Below are positions 1 through 8,231 of a stretch of 64,000 nucleotides of DNA, piece by piece; the stretch's first letter is position 1, and each line of letters starts with the position of its first letter. This stretch comes from Candidatus Moraniibacteriota bacterium (lineage in GTDB: Bacteria > Patescibacteriota > Minisyncoccia > Moranbacterales > UBA1568). The stretch covers positions 465,084-529,083 of the forward strand of contig JBAQEZ010000003.1 of assembly GCA_049287005.1 (NCBI GenBank), read 5' to 3'. The notes beneath the pieces were generated by a model that saw only the letters and a list, made by a program, of their open reading frames with translations, did not search any database and had not been told where the DNA came from. The position numbers were made by a program, and so were the translations under genes.

Positions 1-659
1 ATGTTTCTATAATCCTGCAGGATAATCTCGATCGGCAGGCCAGCGCACAATGTCCGAGCGAGAGCAGCCTGTTCTCGAGAAATGGTCACCCCCGTCACTG
101 CTACTCCGTATTTCTCAGCCGCGTATTTGGCGAAACTTCCCCAGCCGCAGCCGATGTCGAGAATCTTCTGTCCTGGCTGGAGCTTCAGTTTTCGGCAAAT
201 GAGATCGAGCTTGCGCTCCTGCGCTGCTTCGAGTCCGCCAGCCGGCGGATGGCCGCTCCAGTAGCCGCACGTATAGGTGAGGCATTTACCGAGCATCGTC
301 CTATACAGGTCATTCCCGATATCATAATGCCGCTTGCCCACTTCGAAGGCTCTTTTCAGTGTTTGTCTGTTGGAGAGAACACTGGCGATGCTGTGCAAGG
401 CTTTTTTCGTCTGACTGACCTCCCGATCCAGCCGCATGCGCAATATTCTCGCGAAAAATTCATCCAACTGTTTCGCATCCCACCAGCCGTCCATATAGGC
501 TTCGCCCAATCCGAGCGACCCTTGCGTGAGCACTCTGCGATACAGCCGCTCGTCATGAACGGCGATATCCCATGGCCGGTCGCCGTTGATTTGGATATCA
601 GCCCGAGCCAGAATCTGTCGCGATTTTTCCTTGAGAGAGGAAAACATATTTTTGATCAT
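1..659 (-). CDS. cfa: Cyclopropane-fatty-acyl-phospholipid synthase-like SAM methyltransferase; C-terminus cut by the window edge
   Basis: Not in the ORF track because there is no in-window stop. The minus-strand translation reads MIKNMFSLLKEKSRQILARADIQINGD...GSLGLGEAYMDGWW...YDIGNDLY...TYTCGYW...KLQPGQKILDIGCGWG...VTGVTISREQ. It is collinear with E. coli Cfa, including the YSCAYW-like motif and the VLDIGCGWG SAM-binding motif. The ATG at 659..657 sits 25 nt downstream of the pyrB stop. Confidence 0.8.
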   Translation of the reverse strand, partial: MIKNMFSSLKEKSRQILARADIQINGDRPWDIAVHDERLYRRVLTQGSLGLGEAYMDGWWDAKQLDEFFARILRMRLDREVSQTKKALHSIASVLSNRQTLKRAFEVGKRHYDIGNDLYRTMLGKCLTYTCGYWSGHPPAGGLEAAQERKLDLICRKLKLQPGQKILDIGCGWGSFAKYAAEKYGVAVTGVTISREQAALARTLCAGLPIEIILQDYRN

Positions 660-684
660 TACGTGATTGGAGTGATGGGGATGG

Positions 685-1587
685 TTAAGAGCCTAAAAGA
701 TACTTCAGCAGAGCCATGCGGATGAGCAGTCCGTAGCGGGTCTGCTGGAAATACAAAGCCTTGGGCGAAGCGTCGACTTCCGGCAGGATTTCATCGATAC
801 GTGGCAGGGGATGCATGATGATGGATTTGGTTTTCATCTGTTTCACGAGATGGTTGTCGATCTGGTAGCAGCCTTTGTATTTTTTGTATTCTTTGTCGTT
901 TTTGAAACGTTCTTTCTGGATTCTGGTCTGATACAGAACATCTACCTGCGGAACGACCGCATGCAAGTCTTCGGTTTCCGTATACTCGACGGCATGTTTT
1001 TCGAGGTAACTCTTAATATCTTCTCCGACCCGGAGGGCTTTCGGGGAAACGAAATATATCTTCACGCCTTTGTATTTTCCCAAAAGATACGAGAGGGAGC
1101 GGATGGTGCGCCCGTGCAACAGATCGCCGACAAACGCGATGTTGAGATTGTTGATTTTCCCCAGCTCTTTTTTTATCGTATAGAGATCAAGCAGAGCTTG
1201 GGTGGGATGTTGTCCGGAACCGTCGCCGGCATTGATCACGGGTACTTCGGAGACGAGCGAGGCTCGTTGCGCGGCACCCTCTTCATCATGACGGAGGACG
1301 ATCACGTCGACGTAGCTGTTGACCACGCGGATCGAATCTTCGAGGGTTTCTCCTTTCGAAACGGAAGAAAACTCCTTGGCATTTTCCGTGGTGATGACAT
1401 TCCCGCCGAGTCGGAGCATTGCCGCTTCGAAAGAAAACCGAGTCCGGGTGCTCGGTTCGTAGAAGAGCGTCGCCATGATCTTGCCCTTCAAGGAGTGATC
1501 CTTCTTCTTTTCCAGGGTGTCCGCGAGAGAGAAGATGGTATTAATTATTTTCTGATCAAATTGCTGTGACGCGATGACGTGCTTCAT
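685..1587 (-). CDS. pyrB: Aspartate carbamoyltransferase catalytic subunit
   Basis: 300 aa with the STRTR carbamoyl-phosphate-binding motif, and HPTQ and HPLP motifs at the expected spacing. Confidence 0.9.
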   Translation of the reverse strand: MKHVIASQQFDQKIINTIFSLADTLEKKKDHSLKGKIMATLFYEPSTRTRFSFEAAMLRLGGNVITTENAKEFSSVSKGETLEDSIRVVNSYVDVIVLRHDEEGAAQRASLVSEVPVINAGDGSGQHPTQALLDLYTIKKELGKINNLNIAFVGDLLHGRTIRSLSYLLGKYKGVKIYFVSPKALRVGEDIKSYLEKHAVEYTETEDLHAVVPQVDVLYQTRIQKERFKNDKEYKKYKGCYQIDNHLVKQMKTKSIIMHPLPRIDEILPEVDASPKALYFQQTRYGLLIRMALLKYLLGS

Positions 1588-1648
1588 ATGTTTGTTGTTG
1601 GATTAATATGTTGTTTTTATGATTGGAAAGGATGCAGTGGGAATATAT

Positions 1649-1984
1649 TCAGTTTTGAGTATCGATTACTGCGATGGATCTTTTGATGGCCACAAAACCA
1701 TATCCCCAGAGGAAGGGGAGCCAGAGAGGCATCAGGCCAAAGAGACCGTTTCTATTGAAGGTTTCTACTCCGGTGCTGATGAAAAGGTATTCAGATACTA
1801 TCATGATGCAGAATCCAACAATGAGAACCAAAACATCATTTCGATATCTTTTGAAAACAAGCGAGGCAATAATAATTCCTAAATCAGCGAATGTTAATAG
1901 ATAATCATTTTGAATAATCGGAATAAGACCGATCATGATGAGAACGGGCGTTGCATTGAGGAGTATAGAAGATACTTTTTTCAT
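1649..1984 (-). CDS. Hypothetical small integral membrane protein
   Basis: 111 aa with three or four hydrophobic helices and no recognisable motif. The plus-strand ORFs at 1619..1904 are its antisense. Confidence 0.5.
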   Translation of the reverse strand: MKKVSSILLNATPVLIMIGLIPIIQNDYLLTFADLGIIIASLVFKRYRNDVLVLIVGFCIMIVSEYLFISTGVETFNRNGLFGLMPLWLPFLWGYGFVAIKRSIAVIDTQN

Positions 1985-1990
1985 AATATG

Positions 1991-2062
1991 CTGGGGAGGT
2001 AGGGATCGAACCTACGAATGGAGGCTTCAAAGGCCCCTGCCTTACCACTTGGCTACTCCCCA
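1991..2062 (-). tRNA. tRNA-Gln (anticodon UUG)
   Basis: The reverse complement folds as a cloverleaf: acceptor tggggag/ctcccca, D arm gcc...ggc, anticodon stem ggggc/gcctc with loop cuUUGaa, T arm gtagg-ttcgatc-cctac. The discriminator is G and no CCA is encoded. Confidence 0.8.
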
Positions 2063-2155
2063 TTAAAAAGCTTGTAGCTTCATGAGCTGCCCAGCTTGTT
2101 AACTTTTCTCAATTCAAAAATCTTCAATCCTCAATCATGTATCTTGCATCACTTA

Positions 2156-3874
2156 TCAGGCTTCACTTGCCAACTTGCCGCCGAGCATTTCCAGTGCTTG
2201 GCTGACGAGAGGACTTATGATAGCTTCTCTCGCTTCCTTAGTAGGCTCAGAAGCAGCGTTTTCCAGGACGATCCGGATCCTCATTTTTGACTTCAGAATC
2301 GTATCAAAGGCGGTGGCGAGTGTCAATTGATTGGCTTTTTCGTCGAGGCGTTCTTTGTGGAAGGGATATTTGACGGCGATGGTGATGATCCGGTCGTTGA
2401 CTTCGATTGGGCGGGCAGTGGTGAGGGCCAGGGTGAGAGAAGCGTTCAGGTGTTTAGCCGTATTCAAGATGCTCTGCCAGTGGAGACGGACAGTTTCGAG
2501 ATCGATAACAGCCACGCCCTCTTCATTGGCCGCGGGAGCTTTTGCTTCTTGTGAAATCTGTTGGCTATTATCTGTTAGTTGTTTATTGTTTATTGTTGTT
2601 GCTGTTTTTGTAGAGTCTTTTTTTGGTGTTTCTCTTTCCGTTGCAAGGGGTGTCGGAGATGGTGCGGAAGTGATGGATTCGCTCGGGAGAGTTGGGGGAG
2701 CGGCTGGCGCGGATGATATCCGCGGTGGTTGCGCTGGCGCTGTCGGCGGAATATTGGCGTTCTCTGGCGAGAGGATTTTCACGATGGCGATCTGTAGGGG
2801 GAGTTCCGGGATAACGGAAACCTTGCTGGCTGTCTGAGCTACCTGGAAGTACTCGAGCATTCTGACCGTATCGGTCGGAGAAAATATTTTTGCCAGTCCA
2901 ACGAGGGCGTTCTTCTGTTCGGGCGTGAGCGAATCCAGTTCTCCCGGACCGTTTATGGGATCGGCGGAGACGAGTAGGAGATCACGCAAGTAATGGAGCA
3001 GTGTGCCGGAAAAGATCGACAGATCCGCTCCGTCTCGGGAAAGCGAGCTTACGAAATGGAGGCTCGGGTACAGCTCATGATTTCCGATGAGCCGGAGGAG
3101 GGCGACGATATTTTCCTTTTTGGTCGTACCGAGTACCTCGATGACTTTGTCTTCGGTGATCGGGGACGCTTCGAGGGAAATGATCTGCATCAAAAGCGAT
3201 TCGGCATCGCGCATTCCGCCTTCGGCTGTCAGCGCGATCATTTCCAGGGCGCCGGCATCGATTTTCAATTTTTCCTGCTTGGCTATTTTTTCCAGTTTCC
3301 CCACGATGCTTTGCACCGGAAAACGGGAAAGGTCAAAACGCTGGCAACGCGAGATGATCGTATCGGGCACTTTGTGGAGCGCCGTGGTCGCCAGGATGAA
3401 GATGACGTGGGCCGGCGGTTCCTCAAGCGTTTTGAGGAGCGCGTTGAAAGCGCCGGTGGAGAGCATATGCACTTCATCGATGATATACACCTTGTGGGAG
3501 CCGAGCGTCGGGGGCAGATTGACCGTCTCGCGCAGTTCGCGGATGTTGTCGACGCCGGTATGCGAAGCGGCATCGATTTCTATCACGTCGAAACTGCGAC
3601 CTTCGGCCATGAGGAGACAATGCCGGCATTTGTTACAGGGTTCCGCGCCATTCCTGTCGGAGCAATTGACGGCTTTGGCAAAAAGACGGGCCAGAGTGGT
3701 CTTGCCGGTACCGCGCGGGCCGGTCAGGAGATAGGCTTGGCCGACGCGTCCCAGTCTCAGGGCGTTGGTGAGGGTGGTGACGACATGTTTTTGACCGACG
3801 ACATCTGCAAAGGTTTGTGGGCGGTATTTTCTGTAGAGCGTAGTTGACATAGTCCGGAAAATTTTCATTATCAA
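2156..3874 (-). CDS. dnaX: DNA polymerase III subunit gamma/tau
   Basis: N-terminal YRPQTFADVVGQ, Walker A GPRGTGKTT, a zinc module CxxC..C..C, and a long Pro/Ala/Ser-rich tau-like linker. The true start may be the internal Met of MSTTLYRKYRP at 3850. Confidence 0.9.
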   Translation of the reverse strand: MIMKIFRTMSTTLYRKYRPQTFADVVGQKHVVTTLTNALRLGRVGQAYLLTGPRGTGKTTLARLFAKAVNCSDRNGAEPCNKCRHCLLMAEGRSFDVIEIDAASHTGVDNIRELRETVNLPPTLGSHKVYIIDEVHMLSTGAFNALLKTLEEPPAHVIFILATTALHKVPDTIISRCQRFDLSRFPVQSIVGKLEKIAKQEKLKIDAGALEMIALTAEGGMRDAESLLMQIISLEASPITEDKVIEVLGTTKKENIVALLRLIGNHELYPSLHFVSSLSRDGADLSIFSGTLLHYLRDLLLVSADPINGPGELDSLTPEQKNALVGLAKIFSPTDTVRMLEYFQVAQTASKVSVIPELPLQIAIVKILSPENANIPPTAPAQPPRISSAPAAPPTLPSESITSAPSPTPLATERETPKKDSTKTATTINNKQLTDNSQQISQEAKAPAANEEGVAVIDLETVRLHWQSILNTAKHLNASLTLALTTARPIEVNDRIITIAVKYPFHKERLDEKANQLTLATAFDTILKSKMRIRIVLENAASEPTKEAREAIISPLVSQALEMLGGKLASEA

Positions 3875-3973
3875 TTTCTACTTTCTCAAGAAAAACCTGA
3901 TTTCTCAATTTCGGGATGAGATATGAGGTATCAGAGAGTGGCATTCGTTGTCAGTATACCTCTTCTGGGGCAA

Positions 3974-4004
3974 TAAAAAAAGCTCCCTGTATACGGGGCT
4001 TTTT
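3974..4004 (-). terminator. Rho-independent terminator hairpin for the GtrA-like gene
   Basis: Stem gctcc/ggggc with loop ctgtatac at 3982..3999. An A-run on the plus strand upstream gives a U-run on the minus transcript, and a T-run on the plus side follows. Confidence 0.5.
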
Positions 4005-4019
4005 GCGTCAGCAGACAGA

Positions 4020-4514
4020 CTATTGCTTGGCAGTATTGAAGACGAAAAATTTGTAACCGATGAAGTTCCAAATGAGGGAAAATCCGGTCGCCATCAGTTT
4101 GGCGATGTTGGCCCACAGGACAGCGCTCAAACCGAAGAGCGCCGGGATATAGGTAGTGATGCCGGTCAGGATAAGTCCGTTGATGACAAGGCCGATGATG
4201 CTGATGATGAAAAACTCTGAAAATTTTATCGGTTCTTGTTCTGTTTTTGTCTTGTCTTGGAATGTCCAGCGTTTGTTCATGAAATAGCTGTTGATGACAG
4301 CGACAGAAAAAGAAATGCTGTTGAGCACGAATAATTCCAAGCTGTTCGTGATGCCCGTGACATAGATCAGGGAATTTAAGATAGCGAAATCAATGCCCGT
4401 ATTGATACCGCCAACGATGATGAATTTGGAAAACTGTCTGACGAGTTTCATGAGAGGACTTCGATTCACAGCTGCTGGCGCAAAAGGAACGCCCTGCATC
4501 GCTTCAGTATTCAT
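4020..4514 (-). CDS. GtrA-family membrane protein (polysaccharide synthesis/flippase-associated)
   Basis: 164 aa with four TM helices. The N-terminal FSKFIIVGGINTGIDFAILNSL is typical of the GtrA family. Confidence 0.7.
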   Translation of the reverse strand: MNTEAMQGVPFAPAAVNRSPLMKLVRQFSKFIIVGGINTGIDFAILNSLIYVTGITNSLELFVLNSISFSVAVINSYFMNKRWTFQDKTKTEQEPIKFSEFFIISIIGLVINGLILTGITTYIPALFGLSAVLWANIAKLMATGFSLIWNFIGYKFFVFNTAKQ

Positions 4515-4544
4515 GATGATGTTGCGTGAAGTGTAAATTATGCT

Positions 4545-5339
4545 TTATTGTGCTTGTTTGATTTCTTTTTCGATTTCTTCCATATCGCGCACCCAGGAAT
4601 CGAGCATATGCGTATCGCCACGCACGGCCGAATCACCGGGCTTGATGGGTGAAGTGTCGGCAGGCTGTGCGTCTTTGAGATCCTTTTTCCAATGATTGAT
4701 ACTCTCGTTTTCTTCGGTGGCTTTGGAAAGGGCTGCTTGCCAATCCTCGCGGGCTCCCTTTTGAATGACATTTTCGATAGCGGCCCACGTAGCTCCGGGA
4801 TCATGGGGGGTGACAATAGCCACTTCGTCTCCGGGTGCCGTTTTGAAATAGGTGATCGAAGCCAAAAGGACCCGGTACGGTTTGCCGTCAGCCAGGACAT
4901 AGTAGTTGCCGCTTTCGTCTTGCGTGACGACCGCGATGGCATGGCGTCGATCGATCGGACCGATTTGTTTGTACAAAAAAGCCCCATTGTCAGTGATGGT
5001 GAGTTTCAGCATATCGCCTTCGACGAGCTTGGATTTCGAAGCGTAGTTGGCCGGTACCGGATATTGTTTGCCATCTGTGCCGAGCATAATCTGTCCATCG
5101 AATGTTCCTTCGATGACCGTACCTTCTACCGTATCCAAATCCACCTTGCGCGGACGGCCGGACTTCTTTTTTCCTTCGAGCTGAAGCAGCATCGCCTTTG
5201 CGCCCTGGATAGTCTTCTCGGCGCTCATTACCATATCGCGCAGAGCTTGGATTTTCATCGCCTGCTCTTCGGCATTATGCAGCTCCGGATCAGTGTGGGT
5301 ATTATTATTTGGTGTCATAATTTTGTTTTTTCTAGACAT
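4545..5339 (-). CDS. Hypothetical protein, soluble
   Basis: 264 aa with no catalytic motif recognised. It has a KKKSGRPRK AT-hook-like basic patch and acidic termini, and good coding periodicity. Confidence 0.5.
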   Translation of the reverse strand: MSRKNKIMTPNNNTHTDPELHNAEEQAMKIQALRDMVMSAEKTIQGAKAMLLQLEGKKKSGRPRKVDLDTVEGTVIEGTFDGQIMLGTDGKQYPVPANYASKSKLVEGDMLKLTITDNGAFLYKQIGPIDRRHAIAVVTQDESGNYYVLADGKPYRVLLASITYFKTAPGDEVAIVTPHDPGATWAAIENVIQKGAREDWQAALSKATEENESINHWKKDLKDAQPADTSPIKPGDSAVRGDTHMLDSWVRDMEEIEKEIKQAQ

Positions 5340-5639
5340 TCCAACAGAGCAAAAATCCCCATCGAAACCCCGATCTTTTTTTGTTTGTCTTACGTTGTTA
5401 TTATAAATGTTTTTTGCAATACGCGCAAATATATGTATATCCTGCTTTCTTTACAATGTTATTACGACTTCGGTTACATCTGAGACGCGCAGAGGCAACA
5501 TGATCGCGGTGATAGCAGCCAGGCTTTGGCCTCGTGACCGATTGAAGAATGCCTTGCTTCTTGCAAAAGATACCCGGGGTGGCCGCCTATCGATTTACGA
5601 GGGGAAAAGAGGCACCATGCTGCCGGGCGGGTCATGGGG

Positions 5640-5669
5640 TTGACAAAAAGTAAGAATGTGCGTTAATAT
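5640..5669 (+). promoter_or_regulatory. Candidate sigma70-type promoter
   Basis: TTGACA at 5640..5645, an 18-nt spacer, then TAATAT at 5664..5669, about 40 nt upstream of the 5709 start. Confidence 0.35.
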
Positions 5670-5708
5670 TAATCGATTCAACAGGAGATCAATTAAAGAA
5701 GAATATTT

Positions 5709-6782
5709 ATGGTACAGAGCGACAAAAATCTGTTCAAGACCGATACGGTAAAAAGCAAGCCAGGTTTGTTTTTCGCGCCCGCGTTGGAGCAGTTCCTGCT
5801 GCGTTTGCCGGTACGCTCTCGCGATATCGTGGCGGCTCGTTTCGGCATATCGGATGCACGTCCGAAGACATTGGAAGAAATCGGGCGGACTCACCAGGTC
5901 ACTCGTGAACGTGTCCGTCAGATCATTATCGGTGCTTTAGGATTTCTTTCACAGGAACACAAACACCCCTTGTTCGTGCAAGTGGCTACGCGTATTCTCG
6001 CGGCGCTCGAAGAAAAGAATGGTGTTGCGAGAACCGACGCATTGCTCGATATGCTGGCTTCCTCAGGAGGAAAGGAAAGAGGGGCTTTGCTCGCCTTTAT
6101 CGAATGCTTGGCTCCTATCGAGGAAAAAAAGGCCACGAAGGAATATGAGAAGATGTATGTATCGCAGAGCTTCTCGCTTTCGGAATGGAAAAAAGTGAAA
6201 GATGCGGCCAAGGTCATTTTAGAAGAAGCGAATCAGGCATTGGTCGCGGATGATTTGTATGCTCGTTTTAAGGAGAAAAACAGTACGGTGAGCAAGCAAG
6301 CGCTTTTTGATTATTTGGCTGTGGCCAAAGATGTGCGGCAGAATGTTTTTGGCAAATGGGGGTTGGTAGAATGGAGCGATATCAAACCGCGCGGTACGCG
6401 CGAGAAAGCGTACCTGGTTCTCAAAACGACTGGCAAGCCGCTGCATTTTCGAGAGATCGCCTCGTTGATCGATAGTTATGGACTCAAAAGCAGCAAGAAG
6501 AGCCATAGTCATCCGCAGACAGTGCATAATGAACTGATCAAGGACAAACGTTTCATACTGATCGGTCGCGGCACGTATGCGCTTTCCGAATGGGGATACA
6601 AAAAAGGCACCGTCAAGGAAGTCCTGGAAGAAATTCTCCGTAAGTCCGCTGTCCCGCTTTCTCGCGAGGAAGTGCTCGCGCAAATTCTCAAAGTACGCCA
6701 AGTCAAGAAATCAACAGTTGTTATCAATCTGAATACCTTTTTCCAGCGTGTCGGCAAGAACGCGTACAGTACCAAAAAGTAA
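5709..6782 (+). CDS. Putative DNA-binding regulator: N-terminal sigma-70 region-4-like HTH plus C-terminal HARE-HTH-like winged helix
   Basis: The N-terminus (LRLPVRSRDIVAARFGI..PKTLEEIGRTHQVTRERVRQI) matches the sigma70 r4 consensus. The C-terminus (REIASLI...KRFILIGRGTYALSEWGY) resembles the RpoE-delta/HARE-HTH motif (GRF.AL....WGL..W). There are no sigma regions 2 or 3. Confidence 0.55.
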   Translation: MVQSDKNLFKTDTVKSKPGLFFAPALEQFLLRLPVRSRDIVAARFGISDARPKTLEEIGRTHQVTRERVRQIIIGALGFLSQEHKHPLFVQVATRILAALEEKNGVARTDALLDMLASSGGKERGALLAFIECLAPIEEKKATKEYEKMYVSQSFSLSEWKKVKDAAKVILEEANQALVADDLYARFKEKNSTVSKQALFDYLAVAKDVRQNVFGKWGLVEWSDIKPRGTREKAYLVLKTTGKPLHFREIASLIDSYGLKSSKKSHSHPQTVHNELIKDKRFILIGRGTYALSEWGYKKGTVKEVLEEILRKSAVPLSREEVLAQILKVRQVKKSTVVINLNTFFQRVGKNAYSTKK

Positions 6783-6926
6783 ATGATCATCATGTTTTTT
6801 CCGTCATCAGAGAAAACATGCTAAACTGGTAGGGTGAATTATTCTTTCAGGGGCTTTCGGCTTACATTTGTAAATAATAAGATATCCGCAAGGGATGTCT
6901 GATGGGGTCAACGAACCTCAACGAAC

Positions 6927-8222
6927 ATGGGCATTCTCTTTTCCAGCTTTGCAAGCATATTCTCGCTGATGCGCGATTCTTTTTCTGTCGTGTTTGATGT
7001 TTGGTTTATCATTTTTCCGCCGCTCCTCTTCTTTCTTTTCAAGATCCTTTGGATCCTGTACGTGCAAGGGAGGTATGCTTCGAATCTCAAGTGGGTGCTG
7101 CTCGAGATTATTCCACCGCGAGATGTGGAGAAAAGCCCGATGTTGATGGAGTTCATCTTTAATGGATTCTCCGGTGTCACCAAATCGTCTAATACGGCTG
7201 AGCAGTACATTTTGGGCGAATTTCCGGACTCTTTTTCTTTTGAGATCGCGAGTATCGATGGTCAGGTGCATATGTATGTCCGTACTCGTGAGGGGTATCG
7301 CTCCCTCGTTGAGGGACATTTTTACGCTCAATATCCGGATATCGAAATCGTCGAGGTGCCAGACTATATTTATAATGTGCCGCACACGCTGCCTAATAAG
7401 GATTGGGAGCTGTGGGGAGCTGATTTTGAGCTGCTCAAAGACGATCTGTATCCTATCAGAACCTATAAATATTTTGAGGAAAGTGTCACTGGGAAAATGA
7501 TCGATCCTTTGGCGGGACTGATAGAAACGATGGGTCAATCAAGTCCTGGAACGCATCTGTGGCTCCAGTTTATCGTTACGCCGGAGAAGGAAAGCTGGTA
7601 TGAGACAGGGAGACACACCGTTGATGAATTTCTGGGGAGGGCTGAAGAACACAAGAGTCTTTGGGGCGGACTCTTTTTCGATATCCGGGATGTCTTCTCC
7701 AACCTGATAGGAGGACTGATGGGAAAGGAAGTCGCCTTCGCATCCAAGGAGGGGAAAGAAGAAAAGGATGAGGCACCGGTAGAGTTCCGCCTTACCCCTG
7801 GCGAAAAAGAAATTCTCAAAGCCCTCGAATCAAATTTGGGCAAGTATATGTACAAGGTGCGCATGCGCTATCTGTACATAGCTCGCAAGCCGGTTTTTAG
7901 CAAGCTCTACGGCGTGTCGGCTTTTGTCGGCGGGTTGAAACAATTCACCGATCACAACATGAACAGTTTCAGGCCCAGCGATAGTTCCAAGACCGATGCG
8001 AAATATCTTTTTGCGAAGGAGCGTATGCGGTTTCGTCAGAGACGCCTTTTCCGTCGTTATATGGCACGTGACTCTGACCCTCAGGCCACGCGCTTCTATT
8101 TAAGTTCGGAAGAGCTGGCAACCGTTTTCCATATCCCAGATATGTCTGTTACCGGTCCGGCGTTGACGCGTACCGCCTCAAAACGCGGTGGGGCGCCGGC
8201 CAATCTGCCGATTCAAGAATAA
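6927..8222 (+). CDS. Hypothetical membrane protein, partner of the downstream ATPase
   Basis: 431 aa with N-terminal TM helices (VWFIIFPPLLFFLFKILWILYV) and a large hydrophilic remainder with no known motif. It ends 10 nt before the next gene. Confidence 0.5.
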   Translation: MGILFSSFASIFSLMRDSFSVVFDVWFIIFPPLLFFLFKILWILYVQGRYASNLKWVLLEIIPPRDVEKSPMLMEFIFNGFSGVTKSSNTAEQYILGEFPDSFSFEIASIDGQVHMYVRTREGYRSLVEGHFYAQYPDIEIVEVPDYIYNVPHTLPNKDWELWGADFELLKDDLYPIRTYKYFEESVTGKMIDPLAGLIETMGQSSPGTHLWLQFIVTPEKESWYETGRHTVDEFLGRAEEHKSLWGGLFFDIRDVFSNLIGGLMGKEVAFASKEGKEEKDEAPVEFRLTPGEKEILKALESNLGKYMYKVRMRYLYIARKPVFSKLYGVSAFVGGLKQFTDHNMNSFRPSDSSKTDAKYLFAKERMRFRQRRLFRRYMARDSDPQATRFYLSSEELATVFHIPDMSVTGPALTRTASKRGGAPANLPIQE

Positions 8223-8231
8223 AACAACCTT

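Noticed and set aside
249-725. 158-aa plus-strand ORF at the left edge
   Set aside because: It is antisense to the cfa-like gene, whose translation matches E. coli Cfa motif by motif.
2331-3847. Plus-strand ORFs inside dnaX
   Set aside because: They are antisense to dnaX and GC-skewed artefacts of its Pro/Ala-rich linker.
3875-4019. Possible SRP RNA (ffs) upstream of dnaX
   Set aside because: There is no GGAA-tetraloop helix-8 motif. The region is AT-rich and explained by a terminator hairpin.
5407-5643. 78-aa plus-strand ORF in the GC-rich intergenic segment
   Set aside because: It has no protein-like composition and overlaps the candidate promoter. It is treated as non-coding.
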